From: a virus
Lineage: Duplodnaviria; Caudoviricetes
Length of the DNA: 26,276 bases
Reading direction: 5' to 3' (one strand)
IMG/VR virus record: IMGVR_UViG_3300046466_000063
Coordinates: 1-26,276 of that record
Shown here: piece after piece, positions 14,667-24,586 of the stretch
How the letters are laid out: each line of letters opens with the position of its first letter
Position numbering within the stretch: position 1 is the stretch's first letter
Translations under genes and position numbers: made by a program
The notes under the pieces: generated by a model
What the model saw: the letters and a program-made list of their open reading frames with translations, nothing else
Databases searched by the model: none
What the model was told of the DNA's origin: nothing

Positions 14667-15061
14667 TAGTATAACCAACAATTAGGCCGATGAGGTACTT
14701 CATCGGATGTTAAAATATCTATATGAATAAAAGTCTTTGCAATACCAAGACCACTTACTTTGTTAGTAAAGTAATCAATTAATTTTTTACGGTGTTGAGA
14801 ATTAGATACATGAAGATCAACCGCAGAGCCAGTTGTATGAGGTCCATTTTCACCAGTCGAACTAACACTAGCATTGTGCGAAGGACATCTGTAAGCGGAA
14901 GTTATTGTTAATGGTCCTAATACATTACGAGCTTCTTGCAGTAAATCAACAATATCTGAATTAATATCTAATGTTTGACAACAGCTGCATTCAAATTCTG
15001 TAGGTTTAAAGTTTACCCAGTTTTCCTTCCAATTTGTATGTTCTCTTATGTAAGTTGACAT
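14666..15061 (-). CDS. Endolysin, peptidase M15 family
   Basis: EFECSCC, ITSAYRCPSHN, H-x6-D (HTTGSAVD) and FIHID Zn-binding motifs. Confidence 0.9.
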   Translation of the reverse strand: MSTYIREHTNWKENWVNFKPTEFECSCCQTLDINSDIVDLLQEARNVLGPLTITSAYRCPSHNASVSSTGENGPHTTGSAVDLHVSNSQHRKKLIDYFTNKVSGLGIAKTFIHIDILTSDEVPHRPNCWLY

Positions 15062-15293
15062 ATATATTTTTAACTCCTAATTTTTTTTGTATTTTTGATT
15101 GAGGTCTTTTTTTGTGTCTGCTTGTCCTATCGGATTTCGCATCGTAAAAGGTAACTTTGCCAGTTTCCTTATTAACAGTAATAATATCTATTGGACCTTG
15201 ACCTTGTAAGTTTTCGAAAACTAAATGGTCATCATCCAACAGCTTCAGTATTGCCTCTAAATGAGCAGCAATACCTTTGTTGTAATATTTCAC
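15006..15293 (-). CDS. Small PD-(D/E)xK nuclease (Hjc-like)
   Basis: 'KGIAAH...GPIDIITV...FYDAKS'. Confidence 0.65.
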   Translation of the reverse strand: MKYYNKGIAAHLEAILKLLDDDHLVFENLQGQGPIDIITVNKETGKVTFYDAKSDRTSRHKKRPQSKIQKKLGVKNIYVNLHKRTYKLEGKLGKL

Positions 15294-15526
15294 TTATAAT
15301 TAATAAATCCTATGACAGCAGCAAATACAGATCCTAAAAACACTAAAACCGATACAATGCCTTTTCCTTTAGAAACACTATCTGAAAGTGTATCTACTTT
15401 TTTTTCTAATCGTTGAATTGATAATAGTAAATTATTCATTCGTTCAGCGCATAACTTTTCATGCGAAGATAATCTTATACCTACACTTTGTTGAGCAAGA
15501 GATGTAATTGATTTTTTTTTTGACAT
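15290..15526 (-). CDS. Coiled-coil protein with C-terminal TM (XhlA/holin-like)
   Basis: 'HEKLCAERM' coiled coil followed by 'GIVSVLVFLGSVFAAVIGFI'. Confidence 0.7.
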   Translation of the reverse strand: MSKKKSITSLAQQSVGIRLSSHEKLCAERMNNLLLSIQRLEKKVDTLSDSVSKGKGIVSVLVFLGSVFAAVIGFINYK

Positions 15527-15528
15527 AA

Positions 15529-16605
15529 CTACTTTGCGTTTGTTGGTACTCCATTAGAATTTGTAAATGGTGATTCTGCGAATGCCATGTAGATATATGA
15601 AACAGCTTGATTAAATTCTCCAGCATTATCTCTTAATTTAAATCCATTAGATAAAAAATCTGCACTTGTAGATGAATCTTCTGCATCACCTAAATTTGGA
15701 AAAAGTCTATCATCAACAACATTAGCACCAGAAGATGATCTTTTATTATCAAGAATACACCAATTTCTTGCAGTGCTACTTGATGTTTTTTTTGTCATAA
15801 CAAATGCTGGTTTAAATCCTGTATAAACAAATGTTCCATCAGAATTTCCATTTCCTGTGTAGCTTCCAAATTTTGAGTAGCCTTGTTTTTCTGCAAAACA
15901 ATATGTAATACAAGAACTGCCATTAGGATTAGTTGCTCCACCAGCACCTCTAACTGTAAAAGTTGTAGAACTTACTCCGCTAATATTATCATTATCTGAT
16001 GCGTTAGCAGCAGTTGTATTTAAAAGAAGTGTTTTTGTTTCTCCAGATGTTGCATGAATTTTGTTATGCCAAACTCTCCAACTAGCAATAGAATCAACTC
16101 TCCTTTTTTGAATTATCATACTTGGTGTTGTTCCTAAACCATGTGCAACTCCAGCACTTGAAGCATTATTACCATTGTAGCCTATAATACTAAATCCAGC
16201 ATCAGTATTTACACTTCCAGAACTATCTATATCACCAACTCCTGTTGCACTTGCGTCATTACTAAATGATGTTCCAGCTTTCCAGTTCCATGCTACAAGG
16301 TTTGCACTATTACCATTTTCATCACTTCCTGTTCCTAAAGTAAAACCATCACTATCAAAACTTTTTAATCCTGTTGATGCTGTTCCTTCTGCATTAGTTA
16401 ATGAAGAATATATTACTTTAGTAGCACCTCTAACTGAATCGTATATTCTATGATGATTTCCGTTTGTTCTATCTTTAATCCAAACCCAATCTGGTTGCAT
16501 ATTTTCATCACCATCTAAAGTAATAGCAGTATTATCTGTTGCATTTCCAGTATAGAGCTTTGTCTGGAAGAAAAGTTCTGGGTTATCTATAGTCGTATAT
16601 GCCAT
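15529..16605 (-). CDS. Tail-associated beta-rich protein with repeated PDWVWIK-type modules
   Basis: Three internal repeats (YTGN...PDWVWIKDR / PSMIIQKRR / PAFVMTKK...GF.L); AGGAG SD. Confidence 0.75.
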   Translation of the reverse strand: MAYTTIDNPELFFQTKLYTGNATDNTAITLDGDENMQPDWVWIKDRTNGNHHRIYDSVRGATKVIYSSLTNAEGTASTGLKSFDSDGFTLGTGSDENGNSANLVAWNWKAGTSFSNDASATGVGDIDSSGSVNTDAGFSIIGYNGNNASSAGVAHGLGTTPSMIIQKRRVDSIASWRVWHNKIHATSGETKTLLLNTTAANASDNDNISGVSSTTFTVRGAGGATNPNGSSCITYCFAEKQGYSKFGSYTGNGNSDGTFVYTGFKPAFVMTKKTSSSTARNWCILDNKRSSSGANVVDDRLFPNLGDAEDSSTSADFLSNGFKLRDNAGEFNQAVSYIYMAFAESPFTNSNGVPTNAK

Positions 16606-16654
16606 TAAAGGTCTCCTTTAATTTTTTTATATGAACGAAGTGAATATGAAACCA

Positions 16655-17983
16655 TTATCCAAACTCCGCTAGGTTTTTTGTGTTAAGTGCATAGCCACCA
16701 TTTGTACTATGTTCAAAGTTTCCATATCCAGCTGGATCACTATTTCCAGAAGAAATAGAGTAAGGTGGAGATCCAAAATTCATAGAATTTGTATGACCAA
16801 CTTCTGCTAAAAATGGAAGCCATGTACCAGTTAAACTAGAAAATGCAGTTCCTTGAGTTGATCCATTTTTATAAAATGTAATAGTTCCGTTTCCAGCTAA
16901 TATTCCTATAATATCATTGTTTGTAAAAGATGCTCCATAAGAACTAGCACTTGTTCCACTATATTTATTTCCATCTGAATAATATCCATAAGAACCAGCT
17001 CTACTTGTATCGTTCCATCTTAAGGTTGTTGGTGCAATTCCTATAACAACACCACCTCCAATACTATCTATTTTTGTTTCCCAATAAAATTGATTTGAAA
17101 CATCCATATCAATTCCAATAGTTCCAAAAGCTAAATTTCCAGCTTGTGATGAAGTTGTCCATTTTAAATTACCTTCAGATAATGTTCCATTACCAAAATT
17201 CAAAGGATTTAAAGTACAAAAATTATTAGTACAAGTATCAGTAGATTGATCTACACTTGTTAAATTATTTACAGTAAAGTTATTAGAGTTACCAGATACA
17301 TCTGCACCTAAAGCACCACTATTTTCAAAGTCTAAATAAAATCCATTTGTTCCAAACGATAATCCAGATACATTTTTAGGTTTCCATATTGTCGGACTAT
17401 CTTCGTCAAACTCTCCAAATGATGTTGCATCTGCAACTGTACCATCTAATAATACAAATTCAGCAAGGTAGCCATCAAAATAAGAACCACTACCATCATA
17501 ACTGCTAATTTCATGTTGAGTTGTAGTATTTATCTGACTTGTAGAACCAGAGCTAGGATATGTTTCTGTTCCAAAATTTGTTTCTCTTACACCATTAATA
17601 TAAATAATAACTCTATCTCCAGATGTGCCATTATCACTATCGTACACAATAACAATATGATACCAAGCTGAGGTATCTCTAAATACTCTAGTTGTAATTA
17701 ATCTATTTGTGTTTCCAGCTTCCAAATCAACAAGTAACTGTTCTGATGAATTAAATAGTATTTGTGATCTTGAACCAGAACCTGGATAAGCATGAAATAT
17801 ATTTTGATCTGCTCCTGTTATAGTTCCTCTCTTTAACCAAAAACTAACAGTAAATTTTTTTGTGTTTCCAGTACTTCCTGGAGTTCTACTTAAATAATCA
17901 CTACTACCATCATTAAATCTTAATGAGTTATCTACATCATAGCCTGTATCTTTTATGGAATTAGTTCCAAGTATAAGTGGCAT
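16655..17983 (-). CDS. Concanavalin A-like lectin/LamG + SPRY-like tail protein
   Basis: 'FTVSFWLKR', 'WYHIVIVYD', 'IYINGV', 'FDGYLAEF', then 'FYWETKI...NDIIGI...ITFYKNG'. Confidence 0.8.
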   Translation of the reverse strand: MPLILGTNSIKDTGYDVDNSLRFNDGSSDYLSRTPGSTGNTKKFTVSFWLKRGTITGADQNIFHAYPGSGSRSQILFNSSEQLLVDLEAGNTNRLITTRVFRDTSAWYHIVIVYDSDNGTSGDRVIIYINGVRETNFGTETYPSSGSTSQINTTTQHEISSYDGSGSYFDGYLAEFVLLDGTVADATSFGEFDEDSPTIWKPKNVSGLSFGTNGFYLDFENSGALGADVSGNSNNFTVNNLTSVDQSTDTCTNNFCTLNPLNFGNGTLSEGNLKWTTSSQAGNLAFGTIGIDMDVSNQFYWETKIDSIGGGVVIGIAPTTLRWNDTSRAGSYGYYSDGNKYSGTSASSYGASFTNNDIIGILAGNGTITFYKNGSTQGTAFSSLTGTWLPFLAEVGHTNSMNFGSPPYSISSGNSDPAGYGNFEHSTNGGYALNTKNLAEFG

Positions 17984-18597
17984 TAGACAACCTCTTTAGG
18001 AAATTCAGCTAATGGTCTTGATTGAACACCATCATCATTTGTAGTGTATGTGTATAAAGTTTCTAATTGTTCAACAGTAGTACAAGCATCTATTTGAGTT
18101 TCCATTTCATTTGATTTACTTCTAACATTTGCTCGATATGTTTTAATATTATTTGGTATTGTATATGTTTCATCATCAAATGCTTTGTGATTATGCCAAT
18201 CTGTTTTTTCTAATAATCCACTAGCTTGTGCTTTTACAATTCTTTTCTTTTCAGTTTTTAAACCATAGTTAATTAATTGTACTCCATCTTGATCTAATAC
18301 AGGATCACCATTTTCATCAACAGCATTTTCATCTTCTAATCTTTTTGATGTAGCAGTTCCCCATGATCTTGTAACTTGATTGTCTGCAAAGTTATATTGT
18401 TCATTTGTGTTAATATAATATTCTTGATCTTTAAAATTAGATGAATTAGTTATTACTTCATAAATTCCTATAGCATTTAATTCTGATGTTGACCAAAGCT
18501 GAAATATTTTAGCTGGGTATCTTACATCTCCTATAACTATAGATTTAGGATTGTTAATAAATTTTGTTATATTGTTATCTTCTACTATTGCATACAT
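17983..18597 (-). CDS. Tail fibre assembly chaperone-like protein
   Basis: 'SGLLEKTDW...YRANVR' motif; directly follows the tail fibre gene. Confidence 0.6.
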   Translation of the reverse strand: MYAIVEDNNITKFINNPKSIVIGDVRYPAKIFQLWSTSELNAIGIYEVITNSSNFKDQEYYINTNEQYNFADNQVTRSWGTATSKRLEDENAVDENGDPVLDQDGVQLINYGLKTEKKRIVKAQASGLLEKTDWHNHKAFDDETYTIPNNIKTYRANVRSKSNEMETQIDACTTVEQLETLYTYTTNDDGVQSRPLAEFPKEVV

Positions 18598-18600
18598 ATT

Positions 18601-20607
18601 TTAACTCTCACTTATGTTTAAAGTTCTACCAACCTCTTGATATACAGAACCATTAAATTTAAAGACCAAGATGTCAGTTTTTCCATTTGTTGAAGTAAAT
18701 GTTGGTGCAGTATCAGCAGCAAAATTAAAAATTGTATTAAAAGCTATTGTGTGTGAACCATCATAATTAATCTCAATACAAATAAAAGCACCTTCAATAT
18801 TATTAGTAGGTGCAGAGAAAGTCGTATTTTCTGTTGTTAAATGATATGCGTTTGGTTTAGCACTTGCATCCCAAGCTACAGCATTTGATGATGAGGTTAA
18901 TGCTTGTTGAGTTACATTAGCAGCATTAAAAGTTAAAACTCCAGAACTACTACCATCAATCCAAGTTGTAGTTGTTGAACCATCATAACCAGCAATTTTT
19001 AATTGTCTGTCGCCTGTGTTACTAGAAACATCAGCATTTGCTCCAATTATTACATTTCCTTTTCCAGATGTTAAAGCATCACCAGATTGCCATCCTAAAG
19101 CCAAATTATAATCACCACTATCTACCGCAGCTAATGTTCCTACACCTAAACCACTATTATAATCTCCAGATGACGTATTTGTAGTCATGGCAGAATCTCC
19201 AACTATTGTATTTTCTGATGCAGTTGTTAGAGCTTGACCAGTAGCTTGACCTATTAATGTGTTTCTTGAACCAGTATTTATAGCACTACCAGCATTTCTT
19301 CCTAATCCTGTATTTTTATCTCCAGAAGTTAAGGCATCTAAAGCACCTAATCCAACTCCAGTATTTCTTATAGCGGTACTTAGAGTTCCATGAGTTGCAT
19401 GACCAATTAACAAACTATCTGCAAAATTAGTTCCTCCAACTTTTCCTGGTATCACTACTGTTGCTCCATCTAATAAATTTAATTCTGTTGCGGTAGAAGT
19501 TACTGCTACATCTTCATTTATTTTTGGAGAAGTTAAAGTTTTGTTTGTTAAAGTTTGTGTGCCAGTTAATGTTACAACACCAGTAGAACTTAATGCAGCG
19601 TCTTGCCAAGCTGAACCAGAATAAACACGAAGTAAATCATTTGTAGTATTAAAATATAACATTCCAGCAGCTAAAGCATCACCATCATTATCAGTTGATG
19701 GATCAGACGATTTAGAACCTAAATAAATATCATCGAAAGCATCAGCGGAGTTAGCAGCGGATGTGGCTGAACTTGCGGCAGCTGTTGCCGATGAAGCGGC
19801 GGCAGTCGCAGAACTTGAAGCATTAGATGCTTGAGTAGAAGATGTTGAAGCTGAAGATGCAGAAGCAGTTGCAGAACTAGCAGCGGCTGTAGCTGATGAA
19901 GCAGCATTAGTAGCTGATGTTGTTGCACTTGCGGCGTCAACTAATAAGGACCACTTGGCACTATCGGTGTTAGTAGTTAATGGTTGAGATCCACTTGATG
20001 TGTGCGCTGTTAAAGCTATAAAAATATTATTGGTAGAGGTATCTTTAACTATATCTCTTGGAACATAAGAGGTAGAAGCTGCCCAGTTTCCTTTAACACT
20101 ACCTAATTCTTGAGTTACAGATAATTCTCCAGAACTATCAAAGGCTAAAATTTTATTTGCTCTATTTGCAGCTGTTACAATAAACTCAGTAGAGGTCATT
20201 GTGTTTGCTCTTGAAATTTTTATAGATCTATCAATCTCTTCTTGTAATTCTTGAATTATAGATAAGTTTTTATCAAAAGCATTTTCTAAAGAATTAGCTG
20301 GTAAGTTGTCATTTTCAATTAAATCTAAAGCTTGAGTTTTAGTTGTTGATCTTCGTAGTATTACAGTTTCGGTACTAGCTGGAGCTGTTACAAAAACTAC
20401 AGATCCACCAGCAGCCTCTCCTACTCCAGTTACAGAATAATTAGTAGATCCAGTTCCAATAGATCTAACACTTTCTACACCAGTAGCATTAGTTTTAACA
20501 ATTACTTCAATAAAATCTTGATCTGCTATTTTAAAAGCATAAGTAAAAGAAGTTGTAGATCCATCTCCGCTGTAGCTGTTTTTAATAATTGTAGTTGATA
20601 TAGTCAT
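18601..20607 (-). CDS. Tail fibre protein
   Basis: T7-like N-terminal anchor (YSGDGSTTSFTYAF...LENAFDK), Ala/Ser-rich stalk, TQTLTNKTL motif and 14-aa NTxxGxxA beta-roll repeats. Confidence 0.85.
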   Translation of the reverse strand: MTISTTIIKNSYSGDGSTTSFTYAFKIADQDFIEVIVKTNATGVESVRSIGTGSTNYSVTGVGEAAGGSVVFVTAPASTETVILRRSTTKTQALDLIENDNLPANSLENAFDKNLSIIQELQEEIDRSIKISRANTMTSTEFIVTAANRANKILAFDSSGELSVTQELGSVKGNWAASTSYVPRDIVKDTSTNNIFIALTAHTSSGSQPLTTNTDSAKWSLLVDAASATTSATNAASSATAAASSATASASSASTSSTQASNASSSATAAASSATAAASSATSAANSADAFDDIYLGSKSSDPSTDNDGDALAAGMLYFNTTNDLLRVYSGSAWQDAALSSTGVVTLTGTQTLTNKTLTSPKINEDVAVTSTATELNLLDGATVVIPGKVGGTNFADSLLIGHATHGTLSTAIRNTGVGLGALDALTSGDKNTGLGRNAGSAINTGSRNTLIGQATGQALTTASENTIVGDSAMTTNTSSGDYNSGLGVGTLAAVDSGDYNLALGWQSGDALTSGKGNVIIGANADVSSNTGDRQLKIAGYDGSTTTTWIDGSSSGVLTFNAANVTQQALTSSSNAVAWDASAKPNAYHLTTENTTFSAPTNNIEGAFICIEINYDGSHTIAFNTIFNFAADTAPTFTSTNGKTDILVFKFNGSVYQEVGRTLNISES
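19740..19935 (-). repeat. Ala/Ser/Thr heptad low-complexity repeat (AASSATA-like) within the tail fibre
   Basis: Degenerate 21-bp periodic, GC-richer segment. Confidence 0.75.
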
Positions 20608-20609
20608 AG

Positions 20610-23600
20610 TTATTGTATTCCTAGATTTGTTTTAGTTTCTTCTGTTAATGGATTTCCTTGATTGTATGTTTTAAATTTATTTATCATTAAATCTTCTCCT
20701 CTAGCTTTTATGCTATCTGCATAATCACTTTTTGGAAAAATAGTTTTTGATCCGTTTGGTAAAGTATATGGAGTTTCGCCATCGGATTTAAGCATTGCCA
20801 TTGATATAGATCCAGCTTTACTTAAATAATTTTGAATAACTCCTTGTTGTATTAATCTATCTTGATTTAAAAATTGTTCATTATCTACTAAATCATTTTC
20901 AATCATTTGTGTAAAAATTTGACCAGCGTTATATTGATAAAAAGATAATTCTTTATCAGTCATATTAAAACTAACATTCATTCCAGGTAATGTTCCTGGA
21001 GAATAACTAATAGTTTGTTTTGGTTTTTTTAATTTCATTGGCATAAAACTTTTAACCAATTTTTCTGCTGGTCCATGTTCAAATTTTGACCACATACCAA
21101 AAGGATCAATTTCTTTACCAAAAATATTATATTCAGTTGGTAAATCTTTATTAGCAAATTGACCAGTTAAAAAAGTATTCCATTCATTAGCAAGTTTTCT
21201 ATTATCATCAGATAATTTCAAAGCACCAAAACTATCTGGAAGATCTCTAGTTAATTTTCCACCTTGTTTTATAAATGATGGAACAAAAGCTTTACCTAAA
21301 TTTTGCGACCATTGTTTAGCAAATCTACCTGGCTTCATATCTCCAGCTAACATTTTAGAAAAATTCTGTAGATCATAAACAGCATCTCCAGCTCCTTTTA
21401 AAGCTGTTTGATTAACAAGGTTTTCACCAAAGCTTAAAGCAAAAGCCATAGTTGATGCCAACATTTGTGATTGACTTGTATTAATTTCATTACTTGGATC
21501 ATCGTTAAATACATCTTCCATCATTCCAGATTTATGAAGCATTAACTCTGTATATGTTGCAAGATTACCAGCTTGAGCTATCATTGTACTTACTGGATCT
21601 AATCCAGTTGTATTTATAGCAAAAAACTTGCCTTCATCATATTGAACACGCAATTGATTTGGTTGAAAGTTAAATCCTTTTTGTGCAGTATATTTTCCAC
21701 CAGTAAATTTTCCTGGTATATCTATATCTGATCCACCTATTTCAAATAATTCTTTAGAGTTTCCGTAATATCCAGCACTTGCAGTAGCCAGATAAAACAT
21801 TGTGCCAAGTTGTAATTTCATTCTAGCGATTTGAGCTTTAGCTCCACCAGCAGCAATGTCATTTTTATATGCTGTTAAATAATGTAATCCTGGAGTTCTT
21901 TCAGAAACAAAACCAGCAATATTTATCGGTGTTTGAGTAAATGGAATATAATAATTAGATAACCAACTAAAATAACCACCTTGTCCTTTTAAACCTTGAA
22001 CTCTTTGACCTACCCAGCCTAAAGCATCAGCTCTATTTCTCATTTTAGTTTGAAAAACAGATTTTAAAGTTGTTTCTTTGGCTGCCTCAACAGTAGCTTT
22101 AGTAGGATTTAAAACTCTATCTGCAATAAACATTCCAGCACTTTCTTGTTTTAAAGTTCCTTTTTCAATATTTTCCATAGCTTCTCTAAAAGCCATAGCG
22201 TAAAGTTCAGATCTGTATTCTCTGTTTTTAAAAAAACCATCAGCTGCTACCAACATCTTTGTCGGTATTCGATCTAATGTTAAAACTCTGCCTAACATAT
22301 TAAAAGCATCAGCACCTTTGCCTTCTGCCATATTAAATTTGTCAGCTGTAAATTGACCAGTTCTCATTTCAACTTTAGATCCACCAATATTTGCTGGAAC
22401 TAGCTCATCCATTTTACTAATAATATCTGTTATCTTTTTACCTTTTGTTGCAACAGATAAAGCTTGTAAAAATTCTTGAGCAGCCATTGATTGGCCATAA
22501 GCTTTTGCAATATCTTCGTAAGGTGCAACACCTCCTTTTTCAACACTTTGACCAAGCATTTTTTGTAATCTTGGAGATTTTGCTATATTTGCAACTGCTT
22601 TATGTTCCATTCTCATTATTGCTTGAGAAACCCAGTTACCACCAGTATTTCTAATGTGTGTCATTGGATTAGACAAAATAGCATTAATAAAAATTTCAGC
22701 TATTGCATTAGAAGATTGTTTTAAATTATATAAAGCACCAGCACCTTGAGTAAATTCCATTTGTGCTTTTTTAGTACCAAGTTTTAAATATGCAGTAGCG
22801 ATACCAGTAATCTCATCTGCACCACCTAACTCTATTAATAATTCATTTTTGTTTAAATCATCTAAAGCAACATTTGAATAATTTTTAGTTCTAGTTGGTA
22901 TTCTAAATTGTTGTAATGCTCTTGCAGTTTCTGTTTGAACACCTTTAAGAACTTTTTGAAATTCAGACATTAAAGCGAAATGTTGTCTAAAGGCTACCTT
23001 TTGCAAATCAGTTGCTTTACCAGAACTAATTAATTTAGCCATACCATCTAGTTTAACCATACCAGCAGCCATTAATTCTCTAGCTGCAAATAAATATTCT
23101 GCATTTAATGTTTGGCCAGGTCTTAAACTTAAAATAGTTTTAGTTAATTGAGCATTATCTTTTTGTAAGATTGATGCTAATCTTTTAGTTGCACCTTGAG
23201 TTTGAACACCTCTTTTTTGTGCAGTAATTTCTGATGAATATTTTTTAGAAATAATGTCTATAAATTTTGCTATATCTTCTTTAGATTTAATTTTATCAAT
23301 ATTAAAATCATCTAATATTTTTGGTGTAATTTTTGTAGCGTTATAAGCAAATAAAGCATCATCGCTTACTTCTTCAGCTACATCTGGAATTTTCTTTTTT
23401 AATCCAGCTTTTGATATTTTAAGTACAGTATCTTTATTATCAATACCATCATCTGTAACATAAACTTTTTTCTCTGGTCCAATTCTTACTTTATATTTTT
23501 TTTGTCCTACTCCTTCTAATAAATCTTCTGCTTTCGTTGGTGTTTTTCCAGATTTTATAATCTTTCCAGCTTGTTCAACAGCAGCTACTACAAAGTCTTT

Positions 23601-23621
23601 CGTTATTTTTGGATTTGCCAT
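20610..23621 (-). CDS. Large internal virion (ejection) protein
   Basis: 1003 aa, helical; T7 gp16-like position just upstream of the tail fibre. Function inferred from synteny. Confidence 0.65.
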   Translation of the reverse strand: MANPKITKDFVVAAVEQAGKIIKSGKTPTKAEDLLEGVGQKKYKVRIGPEKKVYVTDDGIDNKDTVLKISKAGLKKKIPDVAEEVSDDALFAYNATKITPKILDDFNIDKIKSKEDIAKFIDIISKKYSSEITAQKRGVQTQGATKRLASILQKDNAQLTKTILSLRPGQTLNAEYLFAARELMAAGMVKLDGMAKLISSGKATDLQKVAFRQHFALMSEFQKVLKGVQTETARALQQFRIPTRTKNYSNVALDDLNKNELLIELGGADEITGIATAYLKLGTKKAQMEFTQGAGALYNLKQSSNAIAEIFINAILSNPMTHIRNTGGNWVSQAIMRMEHKAVANIAKSPRLQKMLGQSVEKGGVAPYEDIAKAYGQSMAAQEFLQALSVATKGKKITDIISKMDELVPANIGGSKVEMRTGQFTADKFNMAEGKGADAFNMLGRVLTLDRIPTKMLVAADGFFKNREYRSELYAMAFREAMENIEKGTLKQESAGMFIADRVLNPTKATVEAAKETTLKSVFQTKMRNRADALGWVGQRVQGLKGQGGYFSWLSNYYIPFTQTPINIAGFVSERTPGLHYLTAYKNDIAAGGAKAQIARMKLQLGTMFYLATASAGYYGNSKELFEIGGSDIDIPGKFTGGKYTAQKGFNFQPNQLRVQYDEGKFFAINTTGLDPVSTMIAQAGNLATYTELMLHKSGMMEDVFNDDPSNEINTSQSQMLASTMAFALSFGENLVNQTALKGAGDAVYDLQNFSKMLAGDMKPGRFAKQWSQNLGKAFVPSFIKQGGKLTRDLPDSFGALKLSDDNRKLANEWNTFLTGQFANKDLPTEYNIFGKEIDPFGMWSKFEHGPAEKLVKSFMPMKLKKPKQTISYSPGTLPGMNVSFNMTDKELSFYQYNAGQIFTQMIENDLVDNEQFLNQDRLIQQGVIQNYLSKAGSISMAMLKSDGETPYTLPNGSKTIFPKSDYADSIKARGEDLMINKFKTYNQGNPLTEETKTNLGIQ

Positions 23622-23672
23622 ATTTTATTTTTAAAAAAGTTAAGAATATTCTAAGATACTCTTTATTTATTA

Positions 23673-24584
23673 TTATTCTGTTAGATTTGAAATAGTATTG
23701 TTTCCTATACTATCAGCGACAGCTCCAGTAGATGCAGCACCTCCAACAGTAACTGTAGATTGTGGTTTCATTAATGCTGGAATATTATTCTTAGCATATT
23801 TTAAAGCTTTAATTATAGGACTTGTTGCAAAACCTAATCCAGTACCTTCTAACATTCTAAAAGTTTTATTATAAATTTCTTCTTCTGAACTATCTGGTAA
23901 TACACCAACCATATTTTTAAAACCTTGTACTTGTTCAGAGTTTAAAAAAATACTAGCATCATCATCAAAAGCTATTGCGCTACCCATACCGTAAGCTACT
24001 GGCAAAGCCATATAGTTTGGTATTCCAAGTTTTTGAAATTTTTTATAGATTGGCAATGAGTATGGTGCATCTTGAGTGATCATTGAAACAAATTCAGCAG
24101 CTTTACTGCTTGTTGGTGATCTTTCTCCAATTTTAGCAACTTGTTCTTTTTCGGAGTTTAAGTAATTAGAAAAATCTTGAATATTTTTATTTAATAATGT
24201 TTTAAAATTTTTACCATCACCATTGTTAAATGCAGCGTTCATAGCTGGATCAACATTAGTCATAGCATTAAATACAACACCTACTACATTAGCAGCAACA
24301 TCCGTTCCATTTAAGAAAGCAGTCATTAAAGCTTTACCAGTTTCTTCTGGCATATCGGCTACAAAGTTTAATAAACCTTTAGTATAATTATAACCATCAA
24401 TTTCTTTTTCTTTATCGTCTTTATAATTAAGATCTACTTTACCAGCATGATCGTCTTTTTCATGACCAGTTAATTCATTAGTATCTATATTATTTTTATT
24501 TAAGACTTTAAATGCTGTACTGTCTTTAACACTTTTTTTATTAACAGCATCCAGGTAAGTTTGAAAAATATTATCTTGTTCCAT
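23673..24584 (-). CDS. Putative internal virion protein
   Basis: 303 aa; synteny only. Confidence 0.6.
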   Translation of the reverse strand: MEQDNIFQTYLDAVNKKSVKDSTAFKVLNKNNIDTNELTGHEKDDHAGKVDLNYKDDKEKEIDGYNYTKGLLNFVADMPEETGKALMTAFLNGTDVAANVVGVVFNAMTNVDPAMNAAFNNGDGKNFKTLLNKNIQDFSNYLNSEKEQVAKIGERSPTSSKAAEFVSMITQDAPYSLPIYKKFQKLGIPNYMALPVAYGMGSAIAFDDDASIFLNSEQVQGFKNMVGVLPDSSEEEIYNKTFRMLEGTGLGFATSPIIKALKYAKNNIPALMKPQSTVTVGGAASTGAVADSIGNNTISNLTE

Positions 24585-24586
24585 AA

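Noticed and set aside
19719-19940. 73-aa Q/L/H-rich alternative-frame ORF
   Set aside because: Artefact of the Ala/Ser repeat codons in the tail fibre.
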